A DNA stretch of 52,430 bases, the filler included, from Streblomastix strix (lineage: Eukaryota): the NCBI GenBank assembly GCA_008636045.1. It is 3 parts of 3 records of this genome, joined end to end, with 100 filler letters (N's around TTAATTAATTAA, not from the genome) between each part and the next. Parts side by side here need not be neighbours in the genome. Positions count along the whole stretch, not along the records: positions 35,036 to 52,430 come from SNRW01000708.1; 2 more parts are not named here. One strand, given 5' to 3'. Position numbers and translations under genes: made by a program. The notes beneath the pieces are model-generated. The model was given only the letters and a program-made list of their open reading frames with translations. It was not told the DNA's origin and ran no database searches. Positions within the stretch are counted from its first letter, which is position 1. The number at the start of each line of letters is the position of its first letter. Of the stretch, positions 38,001-50,641 are shown in pieces.

Positions 38001-40160
38001 AAGATCGGGAAGATTATTTATATTTTCCTATTATTGTTAATAAATATAATAGAATAATTAATATATTTTATGAAAAATTAAATATTAAATAAATGAAAAT
38101 TAAAAAAAAATCATACATCAGCTTGAATAAATGGATGATGAAATTCTAATAATTCATATATAATAATCCCAAATGACCAAATATCACTCGCAATAGTTTA
38201 TCTTAGATAAATTCCAAATAAATTAAATAAATATAAATTTTATTTAGTATTATTAAATAAAAAAATAATAATTAAAAATTATACATAGGATATTACTCAT
38301 TTTTTATATTCTTATCTTTTTCTTTCTCTTATTCGTTCTATTATTCTTTCTCTTATTCTTTCACTTATTCTTTCTCTTATTCTTAATATTATTTTTTCTC
38401 TTATTTTTATTCTTTTTATAATTGTTATTCTTATTCTTTCTCTGATTCTTTCTCTGAATCTTTCTCTTATTTTTTCCCTTATTCCTATTCCTATTCTTCC
38501 TACTATTTTTTCTCATACTCTTTATCTTATTCTTTCTCATTCTCTGCAATTTGAAGAGAAGGTTTTTAACTCTTATGAAGTTCAGGTGATAAATATGCAC
38601 TATTAATAATATAAAATAAAATTTCATTATTTTATAAAATAATTAATTTTCAATCACACAATGTTCCCCCGTGCATTTTTGTGAAATCTCTTCCCTCTTA
38701 AAGTTTTCGAGCAAGGCCAAAATCAGCTGATTATTCATATAAAGTAAAGAAATAATTACAATTTTTAAATTAATACATTATTTTATAATAATAAAACGTT
38801 ATTTCCACACCAAGTTTGACTTTCATATCCTTTGTGAGCAAAATGTTTCTTGTTTTTAGATCTGCATGAACTATTCTAAGGGAATGGAGTGAATAAACAG
38901 ACTAAGCAATTTATGTTATTAATTTCCAAGCATCCTATTTATTATAATAATAAATAATAATATATTTAAATAATTAAATAATTATTATCATATAATATTA
39001 TTAATTTATCAACATATATTATTCATACTTCATCAGTAATTTATTAATCAGATTTCTTCATTTTCTTTATAAATTAATGCAAATCTCCTCCAGGGCAATA
39101 CTCCATCACTAAAAATGCCTTTCTTCTATTTGTAAAGAATCCCAGAGGTTAAATGACATGAATGAATTGTTGTCAAAATGTATATGATGATGAAGACGAT
39201 GAAGTTTATGAGTCTGAGCAGATTTAGTATATTTGTTTTTAAATTTTCACTTCTCCATCAACTCTTTTTTTCTCTTTTAATGTAAAATATTTCATTTCTT
39301 TCCAAGCATACTTTTATTTGGTTTTAATCTCTTCAACAAGCCAGACTTCACCATATCCGCCACGACCAAGTTTTTATTTTCTTATGACTGAATTTAAAAA
39401 TAATTTATTATAAATAAATAAAATAATTTAATAAATAAATAAATTGGAATAAGAAATTAATAAATTTAGATATTAAATTTGCATACAATCTTATCGCCTC
39501 CAAGTTGTGTTGAATTATACAGATGTGTCGGTTATTTATAAAGATAAATCTTATTCTGGAACTGGAGGAGTTAAAAGTGAAAAATATTCAGGAATCTGAA
39601 GAATTTGTGATTATGAAGGAGAATTTGATTATTATTGTGACTGTCTATTATATATTGCACTTGGATCTGAATGTGTATAAAATTTCTATTTATTTTTTTA
39701 ATGAGGCTAAATATTATTTGAATCAGAAGAAGAAGCAGCAGAAGAAGAAGTGGAAAAAGATTATTGTTAATCAAATTACTCAGATTAAAATGATTATTGA
39801 TAAATTTCCTGAATTTAATATATAAATAGAAAAATATTAAAATTATATGAATATTTTTATTTAAATATTTTCTCATTTAATTAAAATTAATACATCTTAT
39901 TCAAGATCTTTGCTTAATTCAATATCTTCTTTTGATTATTATTAAATTTCAACTTCTTAATCAATTGTTACTTTTTTATCTTATTCTCTATTTTATATAT
40001 CATATATTCCAAATTAAACTTCAGTTTATTTGTTATCTATTTCGATTTTTTCATCAAGTAATTATTTTCTTTCTTATTCAGATGATTCTTACTCAATTTA
40101 TTGGTGTTCTTCTTAATTAGGCTATTCTGATATTTCTGACTTTTATTCTTCGTTTTACAT
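35036..40160 (-). pseudogene. Multidomain kinase gene: NEK/CAMK-like kinase, EKEQ repeat, RRM, VWA, Q-rich linker, second kinase (truncated); carries an in-frame TGA and a homopolymer frameshift
   Basis: Kinase 1: LGRGGYGEVW, AWKEM, FLVMEYCPGGDL, HADLKTRNIL, DFGLAR, GGTFAYLSPE, SDIWSFG. RRM: TIHITNISIDIEEEDLLDFLQQFGEV…FADVEF. VWA: ILILDGSSSM…IIFFT…IEAIGF. Kinase 2 start: IGSGGFGTI. TGA at 39173-39175; frame change across the A17 run at 36366-36382. Confidence 0.8.
36950..37760 (-). repeat. Degenerate 12-bp coding repeat (GAATAAGAGAAA; E-Q-E-K)n
   Basis: Long array within the kinase-RRM linker. The frame is preserved on both sides. A similar shorter array lies at ~38295-38540. Confidence 0.9.
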
Positions 40161-40941
40161 GTTATCTGTTCATAATAAAGTACATATTAAAAAATAAATT
40201 ATTAAAAAAGTAAATAAAAAAAATTAACAAAAAATAATGAAAAGATTCAAGTAATAACGAAAATGGGTTAATTTTTGTAAATTTAATATGTAAAACTATT
40301 ATTAATTATGTACTAAAAATAATAATTTATATTTATTCAACATTGTGTTATATTTCGCGCACAGCGAAGATTTTTTTTTGGTGATAAAATTGATGCAAGT
40401 GTATTGTCTTCAAATATTTGAAAATTAAGAAAATAAAGAATTAAATATTTTTGAAATAATTATGTAAATGTAAAAATATTTATGGAATCAAAATTGTAAC
40501 TAAGATAGACGAGTAGCGAAGAAATTAATGTTTCAATTTTTTTTCTCTGTGTATGGATCATTAATAAAAGTGAATAATAAATATTTGTATTTATTCATAT
40601 AATTTATTAAAAATTATCATACTTTACTACAACTATGATTCAAGAATAATGCGATAAAAAAGATGAATTAAAATTTAGAATCTCCATCCAGGTTGTAATT
40701 ATTCATTTAAATCTAATTTTAATGGTTACTAATTTATATTTCACTTTTTGGTATGATTGTTGACGTTAATATCTAAGTTTAACCAAATTGAAAAATAAAA
40801 TTAAATATTTTTAAATAAATTAGAGCATTATTCTTAATTAAAACTAATACAAATTTAAATATTAGATGAAACAAAGAGAATAACAATCATTATTTATATT
40901 TAAACATATTTCATTATTACCTGTGCTCAAAAGAATGCGAA

Positions 40942-41364
40942 TCAGTCCTTATTTTCAATTTCAATTTAATAATTATTAAACTATTCATCATTATTCAATG
41001 TAATGCAAGTTTCAGTACTCACTTCTTATACAACTCTCGACAATTCATCCTTGTCTACATTCCTAAACACCCATTTATGTTTAGTCATTGGCACTTCTCC
41101 ATCATTACCATCATCTTCTTCTTATTTATCTTTCTCAGATCTTATTCTTCGTCCAATATATGATCCAGTACTGAGACTTCCATTGTTCCACAGTCTCACA
41201 AATTCAGAAAACATCTTCTTTTGTTTCTTTGATTCAATTCGATCTAACCACAGACCACGCTCTTCAAGCCACACTCGGAAGTTCTTGTTCTTAGCGTAAT
41301 ACATTTCTTTACTGATTTTCTCTTTCTTAACTTCAGCTGCTTCATATTCTTCACGAGTCATCAT
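40942..41364 (-). CDS. SCI1-like (style cell-cycle inhibitor 1 family) conserved domain; its K/H/S-rich N-terminal part (41407-41690) lies in another frame
   Basis: ISKEMYYAKNKNFRVWLEERG…KKMFSEFVRLWNNGSL resembles the remembered plant SCI1 core (DDYFSKNNEFATWL…LFSDFVKDWN). The frame runs through TAR to TGA 40942-40944. Confidence 0.65.
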
Positions 41365-44300
41365 TCCAAATGAGCGATTGTCTGTTTTGTCTGATTCTTT
41401 TGTATCTCATCCTTTTTCGCGAATTCTTTTTTTCTTTATGTTCGTGTTTTTTCTTTTTTTCTTCCTTTTCCTTCTATAATGAATTGGAAGATGATGATCT
41501 TGAATGAGATAATGAGGATGAATTGGATGATGATGAAGAAGATGAAGAAGATTTGCTGCGTTTTTATCTTCTCTGCGATTTGTGCTTTTTTTCGCGTTTT
41601 TTCTCTTTTCGATGTTTTCTTTCTTACGAATCCTCACTTTCAGATCTTCTGTGTTTGTGTGAAGAGTGTTTGCGATGCTTTGAATGATGATCTCTTTCTA
41701 TTAAATCTTTCATTCCATTTTTGACGAAGTTTGATATTATTATATTTGCTTTATTAATTATATATTTATCTTCTGAATTAAATATTCTAAAAATTGATTA
41801 AAACATCTCTTTAGAAAACAATTTATGATTTTGATTTGGAGAGAGCTTTTAAGATATTTTTAATAATATATCAAGTTATTCTAATTTGATTTCTGAAACT
41901 TCAAGTGAATTGAGATTATAAAGTTATTGATTAATAAAATCTTATTCATTAAATGTTAATCTATATGTTTAAATGGTATTTTATGGAATCATTTCTTGTA
42001 TTTATCCAAGAAGAACCAATAATCCTTCTTTATTATCTTCTTTAATTATTATTTTCATAATTTCTTCATTAAGAACAGTTGCAAGTCCTGCATTAAATAA
42101 TTCATCTAAATATTCTTCATTTTTATTATTGATCGATCTTCTAATTCTCATTAGTTACTCAACAATATTTGGATCATTTAACGTTAATTATTTTATTTTA
42201 GCTTCTAATCCATAATATTAATTGGTCATCAATTATTCAAGCAATTTGGAGGTCAATATTTTATTAATTTCAAGTTTTGCATATTTAGAACCATTAATAT
42301 ACAAAAATTACAGGATTATAAGTGAATTTCTGATTATATCCTAATTATCCTATTGGTTAACTAACTTGAATTCTTAAGATAATATATCAAGTATATCAGC
42401 TTCTATGATAGCTTCATTATTCTCTAATATTAAAGTAATTATTAAATATAAAAAAAAAATTAATGAAAGAAAAATAAGGATTTAAATGTAGCTAATTAAG
42501 TCAGTAGCAATAACTAATGTTATTTATACCTTTGTTTACAGCTAAATAAGTAAGTGCTTTAAGTGCATGACTTTTAATGTTCTTATCTTAGGATTTGGTT
42601 GATTGGCAAAATGAAGAAATAATTTAAGATCTACATTCCGACTTAAATTGTATGCCTTTAATATATAATATATCAAGAATTTCACAAGCTTTTCCTTTAT
42701 TCTCAATATTATATTCTTCATTAGAAAGGATTTCTTAAATCAAAAATTATATTATATTTTGTCTTTCCAAAACAGTTTGATATGGATGTTGAAAAAGAAG
42801 AAGTTTCTATATATGAGATTATGTTTCTTAAGATGATAATTGCAAGTCCCCAAATATATTGTGGGTATTTTTTTTCATAGAAATGTTGTGAAATGATGAT
42901 AATTGATTATGAATAGATGACTAAGAATGCTAAGATGAATTTGAATGTTAAGATAATTTTGAGTTTGATTTGTGCGATTAATTTGAATTATCAACAGAGA
43001 ATTTTGGCTTATTTTATTATTATTGTTCAGATTCTTCCAAATAAGAAAATTGTTATAATTATGATTATTTAATACATTTCCATCCATTTCTAATGATATT
43101 GATGAATATTTAAAGAATAATTTTCTATATATTTTGATTAGCACTCTTGAGTATTGGTGTAAGAGAATCAATTGAATTCATATAGAACATTTTCTGAACA
43201 TGTTTTGATGTACCTTTTTGACTAATAATTTCAATTATTAGTATCATTTCTTAATAAATTTCATTTGATGGAGTGCGAGAGATTAAATTAACAAACTCAC
43301 AAACAAATCCAGTTGTTATACATTGATATATATAATTTTCTTCATCAATATTCTTTGAAGTAATTTCAACAACACTATTTGTAAGTTCTTTTGTAATGGA
43401 GGTCATTTCTTCTGTTATTTCTGATTATTCCCCAGTTTAAACTGATCTTATTGCTCGTAATGCAAGTGTGAGCTTTTTAAATAGATTTTATGAATGAGTA
43501 TGGACTAATATGAGCTAATTAATGTCTTCTTTAATTTCATTAAGTTATTAAATTGTTACAGGTTATATTTCTAATAAATATGTTTATTATTATTTCTTAT
43601 TTCTCTCTAAATCTTTTAAATTTTAACTGTCTTCAAATATATTAATATTCCTCTTGATTTATTCAATTTCCATTATAATTTAAGTTGAAGGGCGTTTACT
43701 TTAATTCTAAATATTTATAAATATAAAATGTTTGAAAAATAATTTAATTTACATTTAAATTAAATAAATTAAAAATAAATAAATGATAAAATTATTAGAC
43801 TATTAGAATTCAAACTGGATTTAACATTGCAGTTGTTATGTCTTTAAGTTCAATAGGAACCCAAGATGGTAATGGTTTAAAATCTCCTTTTTTAATCTTT
43901 TCAATCATCTCCTATTGCGATTAAGCAGCAAATGGATTTTCACCTGTAATCAGTTCATTTATGCAAACTCCAACTGCGAAGAGATCTGAAGATAAAGTCA
44001 TCCTATAATGATGCAAATGTAATAATAATGATTGACTTTTTATATAATCGATAATAAAATTATACCTTCTCATTGTCCAAACTTCAGCAGCTTAATAATT
44101 TCTGTATGAATTTGAAAAATAAAAGAAAATTTATTTTAAATTATTACTAAAAAATAAATTTTATTAACAAACAGTGTACCAGCAACTGTTGCAAAACCTT
44201 CTACTGAGATATCTTTAGCCAATCCAAAATCACCTGAAAAAATAGAAAAAATTAAGAAGATATAAAAATGGGATAATAAAATAATAATAATTAATTAATC

Positions 44301-45639
44301 AAACGAATTTAATTAAAAATATAGAAATATTTTTATTACCTAATCGAGCTGTGCCATCTTTCATGATAAAGATATTTTCTGGTTTGATATCCCGATGGAT
44401 AATGCCTAATGAGTGCATGAAGTCAGCGGCTTTGATAATCTGTGCAAAAAGATCCCATACGCGCTGTTTACGAATATATATAACAATTAATATTAATAAA
44501 TCAAATTAAATTTAATATATATAATAATTAATATAAACATACATATATTCGTTCTCCTTATGGTAATAATTATAAATCCTTAATAACTTATTTCAAATCT
44601 CCAAGTTCACAATAGTCAGTTATCATATATAATTCTTCCCTGTCTTCAAAAGCCCAAATCAAACGAACCTTAAAAATAAATAAAAAATATAAGATATATT
44701 ATTTTAATAATAAATGAAAAAAAGTAAATTAATCAAACTGTGTAGCGTGATGATAGTTTCTGCATAATATTAGCTTCTTGTTCAGCGCTTTTTTTATCTT
44801 TGTCTTCCAAATAGTCCACTATTACAAATAATGAATTAAATAAGTTGTAAAATCTTCAATCAAATTTTCTAACCTTTTTTCATCACATATTATTTCCCAG
44901 TCAATTTCAGTTGCACTAAGAAAGTCTTACCCATTGCACCACCAGAAAGCTTCTTCATAATATCAACTGAAAAAGATTAATAAATGAATTAAATAATATG
45001 ATATTAAATAATTCATACAATCTTCATATCTTGGAATTTTAAATAACAAATTGTGCCTAAATAAATAACATACAAATAATATAAAAAAATTAAAATTAAA
45101 TAAAAAACTCATTAATTATCAAACCATGAAGAAGCCGTAGTATTTACAGATATTACTGATTAAAATGATGATAATGATTACTAAGATTATGATTTATGAG
45201 TATGGGGTTCATAAACAGAATCAGCCTAATTATCTGGTGCTTCAGTATCAGTCTTTTATTTAGATCTTGAATGATGTGATGGTTAAGATTATTATGATTA
45301 TTAAGAATGATAAGAATACGATGCATCACTTATATTATCAGTTGCTTTTGTTTCAATCTTTTGTTTAGATCTCGAATGAAGTGATTCATTATTTTAATTT
45401 TAACTATTTACTGATGTTTAACATATATGATCTTGACTTGTTAATTATTCACCAAAATATGGTTGTAAACACTCCTGTGGTACTTTTCCAATCTAGCTGT
45501 TCTACTCAATTGTGTAATACTCGATTTCTTTTTTGATCACATGAACAATTTCTCCTTTTGTTACTGGAATGAATTAAGGATTACCATCCTGTCCAGGATA
45601 ATCCTTAATTACTTCGTACAATTCGTCGGTCTGTGCCAT
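41351..45639 (-). CDS. SH3, NEK-like Ser/Thr kinase and ARM-like helical region, reading into an SCI1-type K/H/S-rich tail
   Basis: SH3: LYEVIKDYPGQDGNPQFIPVTKGEIVHVIKKEIEYYTIEQNSQIGKVPQECLQPY. Kinase: LSGGAMGKTF, YVMKK, HRDIKPENIF, GDFGLAK, SDLFAVG. The last exon (from 42423) stays open to TGA 41351-41353. Confidence 0.85.
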
Positions 45640-46370
45640 TATTCTGGTGTATTTATGAGAATTTAAAAATAAATTATAAAAGAATACTAAAATATATAGA
45701 AAAAATTATATAGTTCTTTCTTTTGATCCGTACTACAACATCATTCGTATATTAATTTCTTGAAACATCAAAAATTATTAATTATATTTGTAAATTATGC
45801 AATAAAATATACATTAAATATATTATATTGAAATATAACGCGGCTAGGATGGGATTTTATTGAAGAAAAAATTACTAGTATTGAATGATAGAAAATTATT
45901 AGTTGAAGTTATAATTTTATTAATTAAAATAATATAGAATAAATTTATTAGTTGTAAATTTGCAATAATATCATAATTTAATAATTTGTATGACGATATA
46001 TTCGATGCTTTTTATAAGTTTTGCAGTTCCCAACCGTCATTTCCTTGAATGAATGATTTTATTGTTTATTTACCTGTAAATTATCGGAAAGGTAATAATT
46101 TTTGGAAAATATGAAGTTAGAATTCCTTGATAATAAAATAATCCAGTTCGTAAATTAATTATTTTTTTTTTAAATAAGTAAAATTATTTTATTATTTATT
46201 ATTTATTTAGTGAAGTTGGTAAATTATTCATATTGTTGTGAAATGCAAATGGACAAATAAATCAAATAGGTAAGAATAATAATTCAAAACTGTTTTCCCT
46301 ATTCACCATTCTTAGTTTTAACTTAACTTAGTATCAAAATATCTTATCAGCATATATTTCATTAGAATAT

Positions 46371-49300
46371 TCACTTCACAGCTCCACCTCCAGCTGAATA
46401 AACAGGGTTTGAAGGCGATTTTGATCTGATTCCTCTTTTCAGCTCAGGAGATAGAGGTCTCACAATTCCAGTTGTAGCAGCAAGGAGTGCTTCATCAATG
46501 AGTGACTGCGGTAATGAGGAAGAAGATGATGATTAACTCAATTATTATTATGATTATGATGATGATGATGATTATTGAGTAGTTTATCTGTGAGGTGCTG
46601 AAGGTGTTGTTTTCTTTGCTGATACTGAGACTGAAATATTTGACATAATTGTGTTGGACTATGAAGAAGATAAAGATTAAGATGAATGCAATGATGGATC
46701 TCTTTATTATTTGGGAGATAGAAGTTGTGTTGTTATAACTGGTTATGTCTTGTATGTATGTGTCTGTGGTTTAATAGAAGATTATGATCCTGTTCCTGTT
46801 GATGCTTTTGGTGTGTTTGATTATTATGATTATTATTATGATGATACTTTTGGAGTTATTTATGTTTTTGGAGTTGTAGAAGTTAAGGAAGATTATGATG
46901 ATGATGATGAAGATGAAGAAGATCCTTGTCTATTGGGTTTGGGAGTTATTGAAGATGTAGATGATAATGAAGATGATTTTATATCTGGTTACTTAGATTG
47001 AGATACTTATTATTATTATTATTAATGAATGTTATTAATATTAATATCTTTCTTTGGAGTTGTCAATGGATTACTTGTTTTCTATTTTGATGGAGAAACT
47101 TGTGAATTGTTAGTTGAAAAATCAATCTTAAAGTCAGATATTGTTTCTTTATAGTCTTTTATATTAGGCATTGACAAGTTCATTATTTCATCTTATTACT
47201 GGTTGATCTTCATCTCACCTCTCCAATCATGTGCTAGTGGCTATGTTTTAATCTCTTATTTATCTTTGTCTGATATTTAGCTTATCTATTTGTCTTTATC
47301 TTTATCATTGCTAACAATAACAACTTTTCTGTTCAATTATGGTTTCTTTAACTTTTATCCGATGTCCAGTGATTCCATACTTTGCATTTCAGCTTCAAAA
47401 TTCTCCTTATCCAAATTACTTTATTAATTTCTTCCTTTTTCTTATTATTTCTAATCTTGTTCATTAATCTATTCATTCTGAATATATTATTACATTCTTG
47501 CAATCTCAGCTGCATCAGCAATGATATCATCTTCATATCCTTTTGTGAGCTTCTGCTGAATGACTTCTTCAATGATCTATAGATCATCTATTAGTGTAAG
47601 TGAGGATTATGTTGCATCTAATGATTATTATTGTTATTGTTATTATTATTGTTATTATTGTTATTATTATTGTTATGTTTGTGAAGTGGTGTTGTTATTC
47701 TTATTATACAATAGTTCGGGTTTTGATTATTATTCATCAGTGGACATCTTTTGTACCTCAATTCGCTTCTCTTTAAGAGACATTGATTCCATTCGATGCA
47801 ACTTATTCTGTCAAAATATTAATATAAGAAGAAATAATAATAAGAATAAAAAGATTTTAATTGATTAGTATATAAAAATTGAACATAAATGTTTTAAAAA
47901 AATAATTTATAAAATAATTTAGATTTAATTGAAATGTTTGTAAACCTCAAAATTACTCTTTATATTTTTCCATTCTGTTAATTCAGCTTCTCGTTTCTAT
48001 TTCTACATTTATATCTTCTCATCAATATTCAATTCTTTCTCTTTAATCATAAATTTCTCTTTTTATTTCTATTTTTCATTCTCTTTCTCTTATTATTTAA
48101 TTTTCTCTTATTCTTTTTCTTTTTCTTTCTTTTATTCATCAATCTTCCCAAATGCTTTTCCATTCATTGATATTCCCCATTCATTGAAGAATGACCCACT
48201 TTATTCTTTCTACTAATTATTGCTATTAACAACATCTTTATTTTATTCTTTACTATCACCATTCAACTAGCTCTATTAATTCTTCAATCTATTCTCTCCT
48301 TTAATTTTATCCTTTCTACTCTGTATCTGATGAATCCTAATATAAAGAGCTCTTCCTGCTTCACCAACTAGAGGTCCTTATCCTTCAGATGAACTTGTCA
48401 GATCTGAATATGTTTGTGTAGATACATATGATGTGGATTATTGGTTATATTATTATTATGATTGTGATATTGATGATGATGATGATTAAGATGATTATAG
48501 TTTATTCAGTGAACCAGATTATCTTATACCAACTTAACTTCCTGGTCTTGCATTATTGTTATTACTATTCTATCCAACTGTACCTGCTGATCCAGCACCT
48601 TATCTTGCACTTGAATTCCTGCTCTTCAATTACTACCTATAATTATCACTCGTTATAATAGTACTGGCTATATCATTCTATTCATCTGTACTAGCACTAA
48701 CATTATTATTACTTTACTTAGTTTCTTTATTATCCAATTAATTCATACTTCCACTTCTCTATTATATGATACCTGCACTGTTATTCTTCCTGTCTGACTG
48801 AATGTTGGCTGTTTATGGTCCTCCAATCTGTGGTTGACTCGGAATTGGTTTGGATAATTAGTTATTCGTATTCATATTCATATTTATATTCTTGGATCCT
48901 AATTATTATTGTGGATTTCTTTCAGAGTTGGAGCTTACATTTGTATCTGAATTTTGATTATTGGTCTCATTTGTAGTTGTTGATATTCCTCTTATTGTAA
49001 TTCCAGATGCAGTAACTGGTCGTCTAAATTATGAAGGTAAGCTAGATCCACTGTTTATATTCTAATTCTATTTGGGTTTAGTTATATTCCTGCCTCTTCC
49101 TTTCAATTCCTCACTGCTGACCCTTTATTATTTACTATTAATTAACTACTACTACTACAATTACTATTTTAATTCATTTATAGAACCACTCTTCCTCAGT
49201 TAATCTTTCGTATCCTATCTGTTCTATGAGCTTCGTGATCCCCAGCTGTTCCTCAGATGACCAAAAACTGACGCCGTTGCTGGTCTATTAGGTGAGTTCT

Positions 49301-50158
49301 GTGCAATGGGCGAGTTTGAGTTGATTTCGCTGCTCAGAATTGGCGCGTTTCGCTCTTTGGATATTTTGATGGACTTGGCGATGAGGAATTTTTCGCGTTG
49401 GACGTCGTTTGTTGAGGCTTCGTTGCTAATTTTGTCGTGTTGGGATTAAACATTCAGTTGCTTGCCTGCTTTTGGTATAATTAAATTATTAGATGATTGT
49501 CTTTCATCATCTGTGATATCCTTATCATCGAGCGTTTGAAGCTTTGGAAGAATTTTAATTACTCGCAATCTGTAATTTTCTTCCTCTATTACAGGGTTAC
49601 TATCAAGTGTTAGTGCAGTAAGTGGAAGGTTCGTCAAATATAAAAGCTAATCAAGTGAATGCAGATCATTCCTGAAGAAAGGAGAAAAAATAAATTTAAA
49701 AACTTTAAAAAAAATATTTCAAACGAGTCGATGTCGAGAATCTCCAATTTGTATAAGCTTGAGAGCGGCCCAAGGTCCGAAATATTGTTGAATGAAACAT
49801 ATAATTCGGTAACTGAAGGGAATAATCCAATTCCATCTAAGTCGCGTATTCCACAGCGCGAGAGCCACAAAACTCTTACTAATGAAAAAGACGCGCCCAA
49901 ATCTCTATAATAAATAGAGAAAATAACATATAAATTAAAAAATCAGACATAAAGCAGATTATACCGCAATGCTGGAATAGTGCTGCCAGATAGTTTCAAC
50001 TCCCTAACGTTCCAGAATCTTTTTCCCAACGATGCCACACTCTGCGATCGAGTGTCTACCTCAAGCGTTAATTCTTGCGTATTTTCTTCAACATCAAGCA
50101 GCTAATCAAAATCTTGTTGGTCAAATTCTTCAACAAGAAACTCTTCGTCTGCCTACAT
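46371..50158 (-). CDS. LRRC56: Leucine-rich repeat protein 56 (LRRC56/ODA8, outer dynein arm assembly factor) with a long low-complexity tail
   Basis: LTLEVDTRSQSVASLG…ELKLSGSTIPALRDLGASFSLVRVLWLSRCGIRDLDGI…ELYVSFNNISDLGPL…LEILDID…LTLDSNPV…YRLRVIKILPKLQTLDD matches LRRC56. TGA 46371-46373. An in-frame upstream ATG exists at 50242. Confidence 0.88.
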
Positions 50159-50641
50159 CAGTACGCAATTTTCCCCAGAAAATTTGACTCGCTGTACTCT
50201 GCACAGATATTCACTGAGGATAAGCTAATTTATTTCTTACATTTAAGTGCTAATATAATTCGTTTTTAATATAATTTTTACTATTCACCTATTAACTACT
50301 GTGTTCTAATATTTTTCATTGCATCAGCTTTATTCCTTGAATGATTCTTTGGATTTATAAACAGTAAATATTATTTCGATGATTATTCGTTTTTATTTGC
50401 TTATACAGTTCAAATTACTATATATACAAGTTCATAAAGAAATTTTCACATTAATTTCATTCTTTTTTTTAATTTTTTCTTTTTGCACTGTTTTACAAAG
50501 TATAACTACTTTTTATTTAATTTTAATTTTACACATAAATTTATTATTACTTATTTTTTTATTTTCAACTATTATTTCTACTTTTCATATTATTTTTTCA
50601 ATCTAATTTTATTTTTAGAATAATTTCAAATCATAGTTAAA

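Noticed and set aside
41710..41718. ATG-GAA-TGA mini-uORF and ATG 41713 as the start of a stand-alone SCI1 gene
   Set aside because: The upstream sequence is the open, in-frame last exon of the kinase, with no stop or intergenic region, so this ATG looks internal.
3100..46000. TGCA followed by an AT-rich run near several gene starts as a promoter motif
   Set aside because: Too short and too common at this base composition to support without an enrichment test.
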